The translations under genes and the position numbers were made by a program. A stretch of DNA of 64,000 bases. Source: Candidatus Undinarchaeota archaeon (GTDB lineage: Archaea > SpSt-1190 > JASMDC01). The number at the start of each line of letters is the position of its first letter. The stretch's first letter is position 1. Positions 49,562-58,101 of this stretch are shown piece by piece. The notes below the pieces were generated by a model, which was given only the letters and a program-made list of their open reading frames with translations, made no database searches and was not told where the DNA came from. Location of the stretch: the NCBI GenBank assembly GCA_964519305.1, contig CAZFHY010000003.1, positions 34,111 to 98,110 of the forward strand. Direction: 5' to 3'.

Positions 49562-51652
49562 ATGAAGAATTCATTACTCCCAGCCCTCTTCATGGTGTTC
49601 CTGCTCGGATCCGCAGACATCATCGTCGATGCCAACTGGGACACACTGGGTGGTGGCAAAGCTTGGCCAGGTATGACATCGTTCTTCAAGGTGACGATAA
49701 AGAACACGAACCGTGACGAGACACCTCAGGTAAACTTAGTCATCACGGTCGAGGACGAGAGCCTCCATTTATCGGGGCCCTTGGCCTGGCAGGAACTCCT
49801 CCAGAACAGGGCAGAGTACACCGTACCCTTCCATCACGGTGCAGAGGTGAACATAAAGAAGAAAACCGAACCGGTCGAGCTCGTTTACAACGAGGACGAG
49901 GTGTACTATTTCGGTATCGAGGCCGATGAACAGGCTAAAACCCAGAATTACAAGGTCAAGATCGCCGCCCAGGTGAAGAATCCCGACGGTATCGTGGCCA
50001 TTCCGGAGTATAAGACCGCTCAGAAGGAGCTTCGGCTCCAAGTGGAAGAGACCATCCGGATGACCTTCCCGTCCATCGATCTCATCGTCGGTGGTGAGAT
50101 GAAGTCCGTGAAGATCAGGCTCAACAACCAGGGCAAGGTCCTCGAGAAGCTCACGAGCGTCTCCACCACGTTCGAGGTGGTCACCCCTGAGTGCGAGGGG
50201 AAGATCCTTTTCTGTGATTTCAACGACCGGCAGTGCAAGGACAGTGAGTGGGTGTACAAGCCCAAACGCAAGTCCATTGATGGATCGATCGAGCAGGATG
50301 CCAACATCGAGTACCGTATGCGAGTGGACGACCGCTTCTACTGTGACGACGAAGAGATCTGCGGCCAGTGTCATGTGAGGATGAACGTGACGTTCACCAC
50401 AGACAAGACGGATCTGCTCCTGAAGAGGAGCTATTCTTCTCTCATCACTGACGATAATATGCGTGCCATCAATATTCGGGCAGGCGATAAGCCAAAGACA
50501 TCGATCAAGATCTCCGGTTTCAGTGACGTGAAGGGCGAGTTCTACTATAACGGCCGTATCGACGAGGTCGTCGAGATCCCGATACTTATCAAGAACATCG
50601 GCAAGGTATACGGACACCATTGTCGGGCCGTGTGGGACATAAAGCGTCTGGGCGATCAAGCAGCAGGTGACCTCTTCGAGTTCCAGTCACCAGCCAAAGC
50701 GACGGCTGACGGTTCCGATCTGAAGAGCGATGCCGTTATCATAGAGGAGCTAAAACCCGGTGAGGAGAAGGATATCAAATACAAGATCAAGGTGTTGTAC
50801 GAGAAGGCAGAGCCCGGGCCTTGGCCCGTCCTGATGGATGTGTTCTGCAAGGATGCGTTCGCCAAGGATGCCAAGGCACAGAAAGAGGGTGATTGGTCCC
50901 GCTTCTACATCAATGTGACATTCCCGCCACTACCTGAGGTCGAGCTCATAGCGGACAGTATCGTCACCGAGGTCACGGAGGGGGAGAGCGTATCGGTTGA
51001 CCTCATCGCTTCGAACAGTGGGGAGTATCCCGCCACGAACTGCACTATCTCAGTGACATGGTCGGGAGAGGGAACGGTGACGGGGGAGCGCTCGGTGAAG
51101 TTGAGCAAACCCCTGTTGAAGAACAAGGATTATTCAAAGAGCCTCGAGTTCAAGGCCTCGATCCCCGGTAGCGCAAAGGATGAATGGAACACAGCGGACG
51201 ATGATCCGAAGAAGGACCCGCGCGTGAACCGGCAATCGGTCAGCGCCACCGGGAACTTCAAGCTCCTGTGCAAGGACAAGTTCGGTAAGTCGGAGATACG
51301 TGGATCGAGCTCCTTGAGCATTAAGATCCGCGAACCTGAGGACGAGTTCAATAAGAGGAAGACGGCTACTGAGGAAGCGGCGAAGATGAAGATGATGTTG
51401 ATCGCTGGAGTGGTCGTCGTCGCAATCATCATAATAGTTGTGGTCATGCTCCAGCGACAGAAGAAGCAGCGGTTGCGAGATGCCGGTGGAGGAGGTGCGC
51501 CCGGTGCAGCTGCGGGGGCGGCTGCCGCGGCCGGAGGTGCAGGGGCCGCAGCCATGCAACAGCAGTACGGATCGTACTACGGGAACCGATATGGAGGAAA
51601 TCAGTACTACGGCCAGCAGGCCTACCAACAGTACGGTTATCAGCAGCAGTGA
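49562..51652 (+). CDS. Type I membrane surface protein with Ig/CARDB-like domains and a Gly/Ala plus Tyr/Gln-rich cytoplasmic tail
   Basis: Signal peptide; IKNT, LNNQG, IKNIG and ASNSG Ig-like units; ELKPGEEK; TM LIAGVVVVAIIIIVVVML; tail QQQYGSYYGNRYGGNQYYGQQAYQQYGYQQQ. Confidence 0.83.
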   Translation: MKNSLLPALFMVFLLGSADIIVDANWDTLGGGKAWPGMTSFFKVTIKNTNRDETPQVNLVITVEDESLHLSGPLAWQELLQNRAEYTVPFHHGAEVNIKKKTEPVELVYNEDEVYYFGIEADEQAKTQNYKVKIAAQVKNPDGIVAIPEYKTAQKELRLQVEETIRMTFPSIDLIVGGEMKSVKIRLNNQGKVLEKLTSVSTTFEVVTPECEGKILFCDFNDRQCKDSEWVYKPKRKSIDGSIEQDANIEYRMRVDDRFYCDDEEICGQCHVRMNVTFTTDKTDLLLKRSYSSLITDDNMRAINIRAGDKPKTSIKISGFSDVKGEFYYNGRIDEVVEIPILIKNIGKVYGHHCRAVWDIKRLGDQAAGDLFEFQSPAKATADGSDLKSDAVIIEELKPGEEKDIKYKIKVLYEKAEPGPWPVLMDVFCKDAFAKDAKAQKEGDWSRFYINVTFPPLPEVELIADSIVTEVTEGESVSVDLIASNSGEYPATNCTISVTWSGEGTVTGERSVKLSKPLLKNKDYSKSLEFKASIPGSAKDEWNTADDDPKKDPRVNRQSVSATGNFKLLCKDKFGKSEIRGSSSLSIKIREPEDEFNKRKTATEEAAKMKMMLIAGVVVVAIIIIVVVMLQRQKKQRLRDAGGGGAPGAAAGAAAAAGGAGAAAMQQQYGSYYGNRYGGNQYYGQQAYQQYGYQQQ

Positions 51653-51697
51653 GCGAGGGCCGCCCACGACGTCAAGCTTTTATTCCTTGAGCGGGAA

Positions 51698-52042
51698 ATG
51701 AGTCATGTGGCAAGGTCCGCCGATCCGGTGGCACATCTGATCGATACTTATTCCCACGAGCTCGATGTACAGCTCGAGGGGATGCAGGAAGAGCTTAGGT
51801 CCATCGGTGCCGAGGTGCGTGATATCCGTGGTCATGCCGTCCAAGAGCTCGAACAGCTCCGTGTCCAGGCGATGGAAGAGTTGAAAGAGATCCTGTCGAT
51901 CGAACAGTCCCTTCAGACCATGCCACGCTTCTTCGAAGGTCAGATCGCACAGATCCGCGGTCAGATGCAAGTTCTGGGCCAGCGCCTCGAAGGTATCGAG
52001 GCCTACCGTGAGGTCAAGGAGAACCAGGGCTGGTTCTTCTAG
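51698..52042 (+). CDS. Small coiled-coil hypothetical protein
   Basis: Heptad-like E/Q/L-rich helix ending in GWFF; upstream TTTTATT box. Confidence 0.6.
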   Translation: MSHVARSADPVAHLIDTYSHELDVQLEGMQEELRSIGAEVRDIRGHAVQELEQLRVQAMEELKEILSIEQSLQTMPRFFEGQIAQIRGQMQVLGQRLEGIEAYREVKENQGWFF

Positions 52043-52920
52043 GGCTCTGTCACAGGCCTGAGCTCGATGATAGATACCTCAGGTCTGCAGTTGAACCGTA
52101 CAGGGAAGAGCGATGTACCGATCCCACGGGTCACATAGAGCGGAGGATTACCCGGATAGAGCCCTGTGTAATAAGGGCCGCATCCCTCGGGGAGCCAGAG
52201 GGGCCCGATGAACGGGAAGTTCACCTGGCCTCCATGAGAATGACCTGCAAGCACGATATCCACGTTGTTACCCGGTGGAAGCCGGTCACGTGCCAGTGGT
52301 TCATGACACACCATTACCGATGTCCCCGATGTGGGTTGTGAGGCTAGCGTTCCTGCGATGTCGCCCACACCCCAGAAGAGGTCATCGATGCCGTATACCG
52401 TGACGGGATGACCATCGACCTCGAGGACCCAGGAATCGTTCGCAAGTAGCCGGGCGCCTTGGTCGGCGAAGGTACGTGCAAGGGAGGGACTGCAGTTGCC
52501 GGTCCAGAACTCCCAGTTCCCGTGGATACCGACCACAGCAGGGACGCTCCGTAGTTCTTCCAGCACGGGGACCAGAAGGTCCGTTCCCCCGACCACTTCG
52601 AGGTGGTCACCTGCAAGAACAGCTATGTCGGGTCGCTGTTCAGCAATGATCCTCGCAGCTCTGACCGCCTTTTCTACATCGTCGTGGATGTGGAGGTCAG
52701 CGATAAGGGCAAGTGTGATCCCTCTGTGGTCCGCGGGGATGCTCGATGTAGTGACCTTCGTGTTCGTGACCTCGAGCCAGTCCGGCTCAAGTATGGCATC
52801 AAGACCGAGCGAAGCCGTGGCAGCGGAGGCAGCGGCAAGACCAATGAAACCACGTCGGTTGACGATAAGGTCCTGTCCAGAGGCCAGTGGAGCGCGTTCC
52901 TGCACTCCATCCGACTTCAT
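52039..52920 (-). CDS. Tat-exported metallophosphoesterase (calcineurin-like, YkuE-type)
   Basis: NRRGFIGL Tat motif; ADLH, AGD, GNWE, CHEP, AGHSHGGQ, YVTRGIG, RFNCRPE. Confidence 0.9.
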   Translation of the reverse strand: MKSDGVQERAPLASGQDLIVNRRGFIGLAAASAATASLGLDAILEPDWLEVTNTKVTTSSIPADHRGITLALIADLHIHDDVEKAVRAARIIAEQRPDIAVLAGDHLEVVGGTDLLVPVLEELRSVPAVVGIHGNWEFWTGNCSPSLARTFADQGARLLANDSWVLEVDGHPVTVYGIDDLFWGVGDIAGTLASQPTSGTSVMVCHEPLARDRLPPGNNVDIVLAGHSHGGQVNFPFIGPLWLPEGCGPYYTGLYPGNPPLYVTRGIGTSLFPVRFNCRPEVSIIELRPVTEP

Positions 52921-52983
52921 TGTCGAACGAGGCGATGGCAGGCTTAAACGTGTTTCGCAACGGCTGTGGTCGGCCCTGGACCG

Positions 52984-54480
52984 TCAGGCATCAGTGTCCG
53001 AGTGTCGTTCCTTCAAACGCTTGAGGGGTTCGTACAGGTCCATGGGCAAGGTCGTCTCATCGACCTCGAGCCCGAGATTTCGCGGAGCGAGGATGAAAGG
53101 CCGTGTCTGCGGCCCGCCCAGTCCGCCGTGAAGGGATACCATCGAGTAGACATCGTTGAAGTCGATGATGTCGTCACCAGCATATGTGCTGACGAGTATG
53201 AGGTCACCGGTCTCATTGATCGTCGAGTAATCACGGAGCTGCTCAGCAAGGAACGCGGTATCACCGTAAGGCGCGATTGGATCGTCACCTTCGACCGTCA
53301 GGCCCTCTTTCGTGATACTTACTGATCCGTCCCTGCCCATGGCGATGATGCCGTCCTGGGTCCTGCCCACGACGAAACCCATGGAAGGGTGCTGGACAAG
53401 TGCATCGACGAGCCCGGGGTAGAGTCCCTTCACGTCCGCGAGACTTGCGGTCCCTGGAAGTTTGTCGAAATATACATTGGCCATGGAGTAAGCATGGGCC
53501 ACGTGGATCTCGCCGTCCTTGATATCGGCGGACGGATCACCTTCGCGGGCCATGTCGTAGATGGCTTCTTGGATGTGCTTCCCGAAGACCTCCTTGAACT
53601 GCACTGAAGGCGTTTGGCCATGGTCGGAGAGAACGATGACGTCGTACGGGAGCCCCTCCCGCTCGACCTTGTCCACTATCTCGCCTATCTTCTTGTCGAC
53701 GATTCTCAGGGACTCTAGTGCTTCTGTGCACTCCATACCATAGAAATGTCCCCGCTCGTCATATGACGTGTAATCGACGTACGCGACGGGACGCCCTTCC
53801 TCCATCGCCTCTTTAACGCCCTCGGTGGCCACTGTAGGGAACACATTGTCCGCCATGGTTATGAGGTAGGGGTAGTGCTGGTCCCACCAGGTGTTCCACT
53901 GGTCATGCTCTTTGAGATAGGAGCGCGAGCTGAAGAAGTCACGGACGACGCGGTAGAGGGTTCCTGTGATGCTCTCGTCGCTGCGCCATATGAGCTTGAT
54001 ATCGTTCCACGCCTCCTTGGCAAGGGTCCGGAACGTACCATTTTCAGCCTGATCTTCCTTGAGTGTGCTCACGGTGATGCCGACCTTTTCGGCCCCTCCA
54101 CAGATAGGGCTCAGGTAGGTAGCACCGTCGTGCATGAGTCCCAGTTCACCGCGTTCAGCAGCACGCTCCCGGACCTCGGCCTCGTAGGGGATGGAATCGA
54201 TATGCTCTCCACGCGCCTTGCTATACCAGTCATTGGCAGGGATGCGCTCCCCGTAGAATACGTTGTTCAGCACGGGCAATGTCTCTGCAGGTATGCCGGA
54301 GAAGTACGGTGAGAGCTCGTAGTCGTCACGTTCGGCCATACGACTGAGGTTCGGAGCGTATCCCTCTTTCATCGCCCGATCCAGTGTGTCGTACGACAGA
54401 CCGTCGATCTGCAGGAGCACGAGGCCGCGACCGGCGTCCTCCAGCTCGCCCTCTATGTAATGCTCCTCTAAACCGACCAT
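52984..54480 (-). CDS. Alkaline phosphatase superfamily (nucleotide pyrophosphatase/phosphodiesterase-like) protein
   Basis: LQIDGLS, APNL, YDERGH, VLSDHGQ, HGGLGGPQTRPFIL. Confidence 0.85.
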   Translation of the reverse strand: MVGLEEHYIEGELEDAGRGLVLLQIDGLSYDTLDRAMKEGYAPNLSRMAERDDYELSPYFSGIPAETLPVLNNVFYGERIPANDWYSKARGEHIDSIPYEAEVRERAAERGELGLMHDGATYLSPICGGAEKVGITVSTLKEDQAENGTFRTLAKEAWNDIKLIWRSDESITGTLYRVVRDFFSSRSYLKEHDQWNTWWDQHYPYLITMADNVFPTVATEGVKEAMEEGRPVAYVDYTSYDERGHFYGMECTEALESLRIVDKKIGEIVDKVEREGLPYDVIVLSDHGQTPSVQFKEVFGKHIQEAIYDMAREGDPSADIKDGEIHVAHAYSMANVYFDKLPGTASLADVKGLYPGLVDALVQHPSMGFVVGRTQDGIIAMGRDGSVSITKEGLTVEGDDPIAPYGDTAFLAEQLRDYSTINETGDLILVSTYAGDDIIDFNDVYSMVSLHGGLGGPQTRPFILAPRNLGLEVDETTLPMDLYEPLKRLKERHSDTDA

Positions 54481-54532
54481 GTCGGTGGACGCGGGGGGGC
54501 CGGCTTAAAAAGGTTCGGTTTGGGGCGTACGT

Positions 54533-56275
54533 TCACGTATCCTCGCCGAAAACTACCGCGCGGTAGGTCTCGACCGTCGTGCGCCGGTCGCGCCAGCAGT
54601 CAGGTAGCGAGCCATGCTTCGTGCAGAGCCGAGAGAGGAAGTCCTCCTTATCCGGGAGCTGCTCCCATACCTGCGGGAGGTAGGTACTACGTCCGATACG
54701 AGTGGACAGCACAACGCCGTGGACGTTCGGCTCGAGCTTAGCTAGAAGGTCCTCTGGGGAGGTGTACTCCAGCACCTCTGGTGGAGTGAGCACCGAGACC
54801 TCCACATCGATGGCGCTCAGTTCGTCCGAGGTCACAGGTCTGAACCTCCGGTCGTTGAGAGCTGCGTTCCTGGCATTACCGAGCACGCATTTGATGAGCG
54901 AACGTTCGGGGATGATGTCGCCGATGCAACCGCGAAGGTCACCATGCTTGTTGAGCGTGACGAAGCAACCCCTGTCAGCGGTGAGATGCTCTGAGGCCGT
55001 GAGACCTTCGAGCACCTTCTCTGCTTGTGAGCCTCCGTTGACCACGTCCACCAGCCTCGCCCGTGCCAGACGAAGAAGGAAATCCTTCTCTTCCCTGGTG
55101 ACTACGTCATCGTCATTCTCTTGTGTCTTTCTGGAGATGGCGGCAGAGAGGTAGCCGACAACGCTGCTCGTGTCACGGCTTGCATCGCCAGAGTCCCCGT
55201 GCTTGAGGATGATGGACGTGTCAGCACCGAGGAGCTTTGAGGCCCTGATGACCGCAGCACTTGGACCTCCGCCGCACATGCTGCAGGCCTCTGTACCGAG
55301 GTCGTTCAGGAGACGTTCGTCATCGAGCTTTTCGATCGACGCCATGCACGTTCGGTCCAAGGCGCCTCCCCGCTCTCGGGAGAGGTAATGTGAGAGGTCC
55401 GTGGAGGCCACTAGGAGCACATCGTCCCTGCCATCCAGTGCTGCAGCGAGTGACTTGGCGAGGATGTCCACGTTACGTTCGGAGTGTTCGCCCATGACGA
55501 TTGGGACTAGGAGGAAATCACCGAGCGTGGCCTGGAGGAACGGGAGCTGGACCTCGAGCGAGTGCTCCTGGACATGGGCAGCAGCCTCATAGCCGATGGC
55601 CTCATGATGTCCGACGATCGCTGCGGCGAGCTCCATATCGATCTCGATGTCACCGAGCGGAGTGTGGTATCGTTGGTGGTCATTGACAGAGATACCCGGG
55701 AACCAGTGACGGTGCGAGGGTGCGACCACGACCACGGTGGTATAGCTCCTACCCTCTAGCAAAGAATACCCGTATCCTGCGACCGGGCCCGAGTAGACGA
55801 ATCCTGCATGTGGCGAGATGAGCGCGATGAGCTCTCCGGATACGTCAGCGGGAACGGCCGCGTCAAGGTGCTCACTTACGGATGCTCGTAATCCCTTCGC
55901 ATCCCCGGGATAGAACGTCCCTGCCACGGCCGGTGTGCGGACCTTGGTCGGCTGTGGGATCGTTGGTGATGGGGCGACCTCGATGACAGTGGGCGAAGGC
56001 TCAACGCCTGTATTACAGAAATGCTCCGTGCCACACTGCATCCCGTCGGGGCAGTGGACATCCGAACCACAACAGGACCTCCCAATCCCACAACATACTC
56101 CGTAACGACAGTTACCGCCTGTACAATCGGATGATGACGAGCATGATGCTCCGTCTTCGCGACCCGTATCACTGCCCTGACGGAGGCAGCCGGGAATGAA
56201 TAGAGCGATGGCCAGGACGATAATAATGAGAACGCTGATTTTTCCCGAATACGGAGGAGCGCTCGGCGAGACCAT
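54533..56275 (-). CDS. Memo (AmrB)-AMMECR1 (AmrA) fusion with N-terminal lipoprotein signal and Cys module
   Basis: Memo motifs RTPAVAGTFYP, SPHAGFVYSG, PSH, EHSLEVQLPFLQ, STDLSHY, MCG, VVGY; AMMECR1 motifs GCFVTL, LRGCIG, DRRF, EVSVLT, TYLPQVWEQ; N-terminal IIIVLAIALFIPGC. Confidence 0.9.
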   Translation of the reverse strand: MVSPSAPPYSGKISVLIIIVLAIALFIPGCLRQGSDTGREDGASCSSSSDCTGGNCRYGVCCGIGRSCCGSDVHCPDGMQCGTEHFCNTGVEPSPTVIEVAPSPTIPQPTKVRTPAVAGTFYPGDAKGLRASVSEHLDAAVPADVSGELIALISPHAGFVYSGPVAGYGYSLLEGRSYTTVVVVAPSHRHWFPGISVNDHQRYHTPLGDIEIDMELAAAIVGHHEAIGYEAAAHVQEHSLEVQLPFLQATLGDFLLVPIVMGEHSERNVDILAKSLAAALDGRDDVLLVASTDLSHYLSRERGGALDRTCMASIEKLDDERLLNDLGTEACSMCGGGPSAAVIRASKLLGADTSIILKHGDSGDASRDTSSVVGYLSAAISRKTQENDDDVVTREEKDFLLRLARARLVDVVNGGSQAEKVLEGLTASEHLTADRGCFVTLNKHGDLRGCIGDIIPERSLIKCVLGNARNAALNDRRFRPVTSDELSAIDVEVSVLTPPEVLEYTSPEDLLAKLEPNVHGVVLSTRIGRSTYLPQVWEQLPDKEDFLSRLCTKHGSLPDCWRDRRTTVETYRAVVFGEDT

Positions 56276-56318
56276 GAGTGGGAAATGATGTAAAAGAGAT
56301 AAAAGGAGATCGGCGCCC

Positions 56319-56627
56319 TTAGACGCCGATCTCGATCTCGATGTTCGCGCCTTCGGGGATGTTTACCCGCATTATATGGCGCATGGCACGCTCATCCACA
56401 TCGATATCGATGATACGCTTGTGGACGCGCATTTCCCAGCGTTCCCAGGTAGCCGCACCCTCCCCGTCAGGCGACTTGCGTGTGGTCACGATGAGTCGCT
56501 GTGTGGGGAGGGGGATTGGTCCCGCCATGTGGGTTCCAGTTCGCTCGGCTATCTGAGCGATCTGCATGCAGATCTTCTCGATCTTCTTTGGATCTGTGCT
56601 CTTGAGCTTTATCCTCGCCTTCTGCAT
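56319..56627 (-). CDS. rpsJ: 30S ribosomal protein uS10
   Basis: [34 protein letters not shown]. Confidence 0.97.
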   Translation of the reverse strand: MQKARIKLKSTDPKKIEKICMQIAQIAERTGTHMAGPIPLPTQRLIVTTRKSPDGEGAATWERWEMRVHKRIIDIDVDERAMRHIMRVNIPEGANIEIEIGV

Positions 56628-56657
56628 GCTAATCACTCACCCGGTACGTTCGTTCGT

Positions 56658-57920
56658 CTATTTCTCCAGGATGTCGATGACCATCCCGGCGGCCACTGTG
56701 CGGCCCATGTCACGGATGGCGAAGCGCCCCATCGGAGGGATGTCCTTGGCGCGCTCGATTACCATCGGCCTAGTAGGCATTATCTTGACGAGGGCAGCGT
56801 CCCCGGTCTTGACGTAATCGGGGTTCTTCTCGACCTCCTGGCCGGTCTTGGGGTCCAGCTTGGAGATGATCTCTTCGATCTTACACGCTGTCTGGGATGT
56901 GTGGGCGTGGAAGACGGGTGTGTAACCCTTCGTCATGACCGTGGGGTGGTCCAGGACGATGATCCTAGCGGAGAACAGCTTGGCCACGGTAGGCGCATCG
57001 CCATCATGACCGATCACATCGCCGCGGCGGATATCCTTCTTACCGAGACCACGGACATTGAACCCGACGTTGTCTCCGGGCTCTGCCTTGGGCAGCTGTT
57101 CGTGGTGCATCTCGATGGTCTTGATTTCGCCCTTGGCGCCGCTCGGCGAGACGACGATCTTGTCGCCAGGCTTCATGACACCGGTCTCGACGCGACCCAC
57201 AGGCACGGTCCCAACACCAGTGATGGTGAAGACGTCCTGAATGGGAAGGCGAAGAGGGAGGCCTGTCGGCTTGTCCGGCGGCACGAACTCGTTGATGGCG
57301 TCAAGGAGGATGTCTCCCTTGTACCAGGTCATGTTCTCGCTCTTCTTCACGACGTTCTCGCCAGTGATAGAGGAGCCAGGGATGAACTTCATGTCGCTGG
57401 GCTTGAAGCCGACCATCTGGAGGAACTTGGAAAGCTGCTCCTTGACGGCATTGAACTTGGCCTCATCGTATTTCACGGCATCCATCTTGTTGATGTAGAG
57501 AATCATCTGATTGATACCGAGGGTCTTGGCCAGGAACATGTGTTCCTTGGTCTGCGCCATAACGCCGTCCTTGCAGTCGGTCACCAACACGGCACAGTCT
57601 GCCTGGCTAGCACCGGTGATCATGTTCTTGATGAAGTCCCGGTGACCAGGGGCGTCGATGATGGTGAAGTAGTACTTGTCGGTCTCGAACTTCTCGTGCA
57701 TGAGATCGATAGTGAGACCGCGTTCGCGCTCTTCTTTCAATCTGTCCATGACGAAGGCAAGCTCGAATGTCTCTTTTCCGACCTGCTTGGCCATTTCCTT
57801 GAGCTTCTTCATCTTCTGCTCGCTCACGATCCCGGAATCGTAGAGGATCCGGCCGACCGTCGTGGACTTACCATGGTCCACGTGTCCGATGAACACAAGA
57901 TTCATGTGCGGTTTAGCCAT
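56658..57920 (-). CDS. tuf: Elongation factor 1-alpha
   Basis: [48 protein letters not shown]; AGGTGA RBS. Confidence 0.98.
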   Translation of the reverse strand: MAKPHMNLVFIGHVDHGKSTTVGRILYDSGIVSEQKMKKLKEMAKQVGKETFELAFVMDRLKEERERGLTIDLMHEKFETDKYYFTIIDAPGHRDFIKNMITGASQADCAVLVTDCKDGVMAQTKEHMFLAKTLGINQMILYINKMDAVKYDEAKFNAVKEQLSKFLQMVGFKPSDMKFIPGSSITGENVVKKSENMTWYKGDILLDAINEFVPPDKPTGLPLRLPIQDVFTITGVGTVPVGRVETGVMKPGDKIVVSPSGAKGEIKTIEMHHEQLPKAEPGDNVGFNVRGLGKKDIRRGDVIGHDGDAPTVAKLFSARIIVLDHPTVMTKGYTPVFHAHTSQTACKIEEIISKLDPKTGQEVEKNPDYVKTGDAALVKIMPTRPMVIERAKDIPPMGRFAIRDMGRTVAAGMVIDILEK

Positions 57921-57957
57921 TAGTATCACCTGCTGTGATGCTGGCCTCTGACTTCAA

Positions 57958-57973
57958 ACTTATAAACATTTCC
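57958..57973 (-). promoter_or_regulatory. Internal TATA promoter for tuf
   Basis: Minus strand reads GGAAATGTTTATAAGT ~40 nt upstream of the start codon. Confidence 0.55.
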
Positions 57974-58050
57974 ACGAAGGGCCGCCGCAGTCTACCGTTT
58001 CTAGAATGGTATTCAATGCCTATGTATGATGTTCTCAGAGGATTAAACAG

Positions 58051-58086
58051 CCCTCTTCGTGGAGGGGACGGGCTTTCCCGCCCCCA
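58051..58086 (-). terminator. GC hairpins downstream of EF-2
   Basis: Minus strand GGGGCGGG-AAAG-CCCGTCCC and an adjacent CCCTC..GAGGG hairpin. Confidence 0.45.
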
Positions 58087-58101
58087 CCCACAAAGGATTC
58101 C

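Noticed and set aside
56276-56318. tRNA that follows rps10 in some archaea
   Set aside because: The gap is only 43 nt with no cloverleaf; it holds just a short inverted repeat overlapping the rps10 stop.
56376-57923. 515-aa + strand ORF opposite EF-1a
   Set aside because: Antisense shadow produced by the codon bias of a highly expressed gene; no recognisable motifs.
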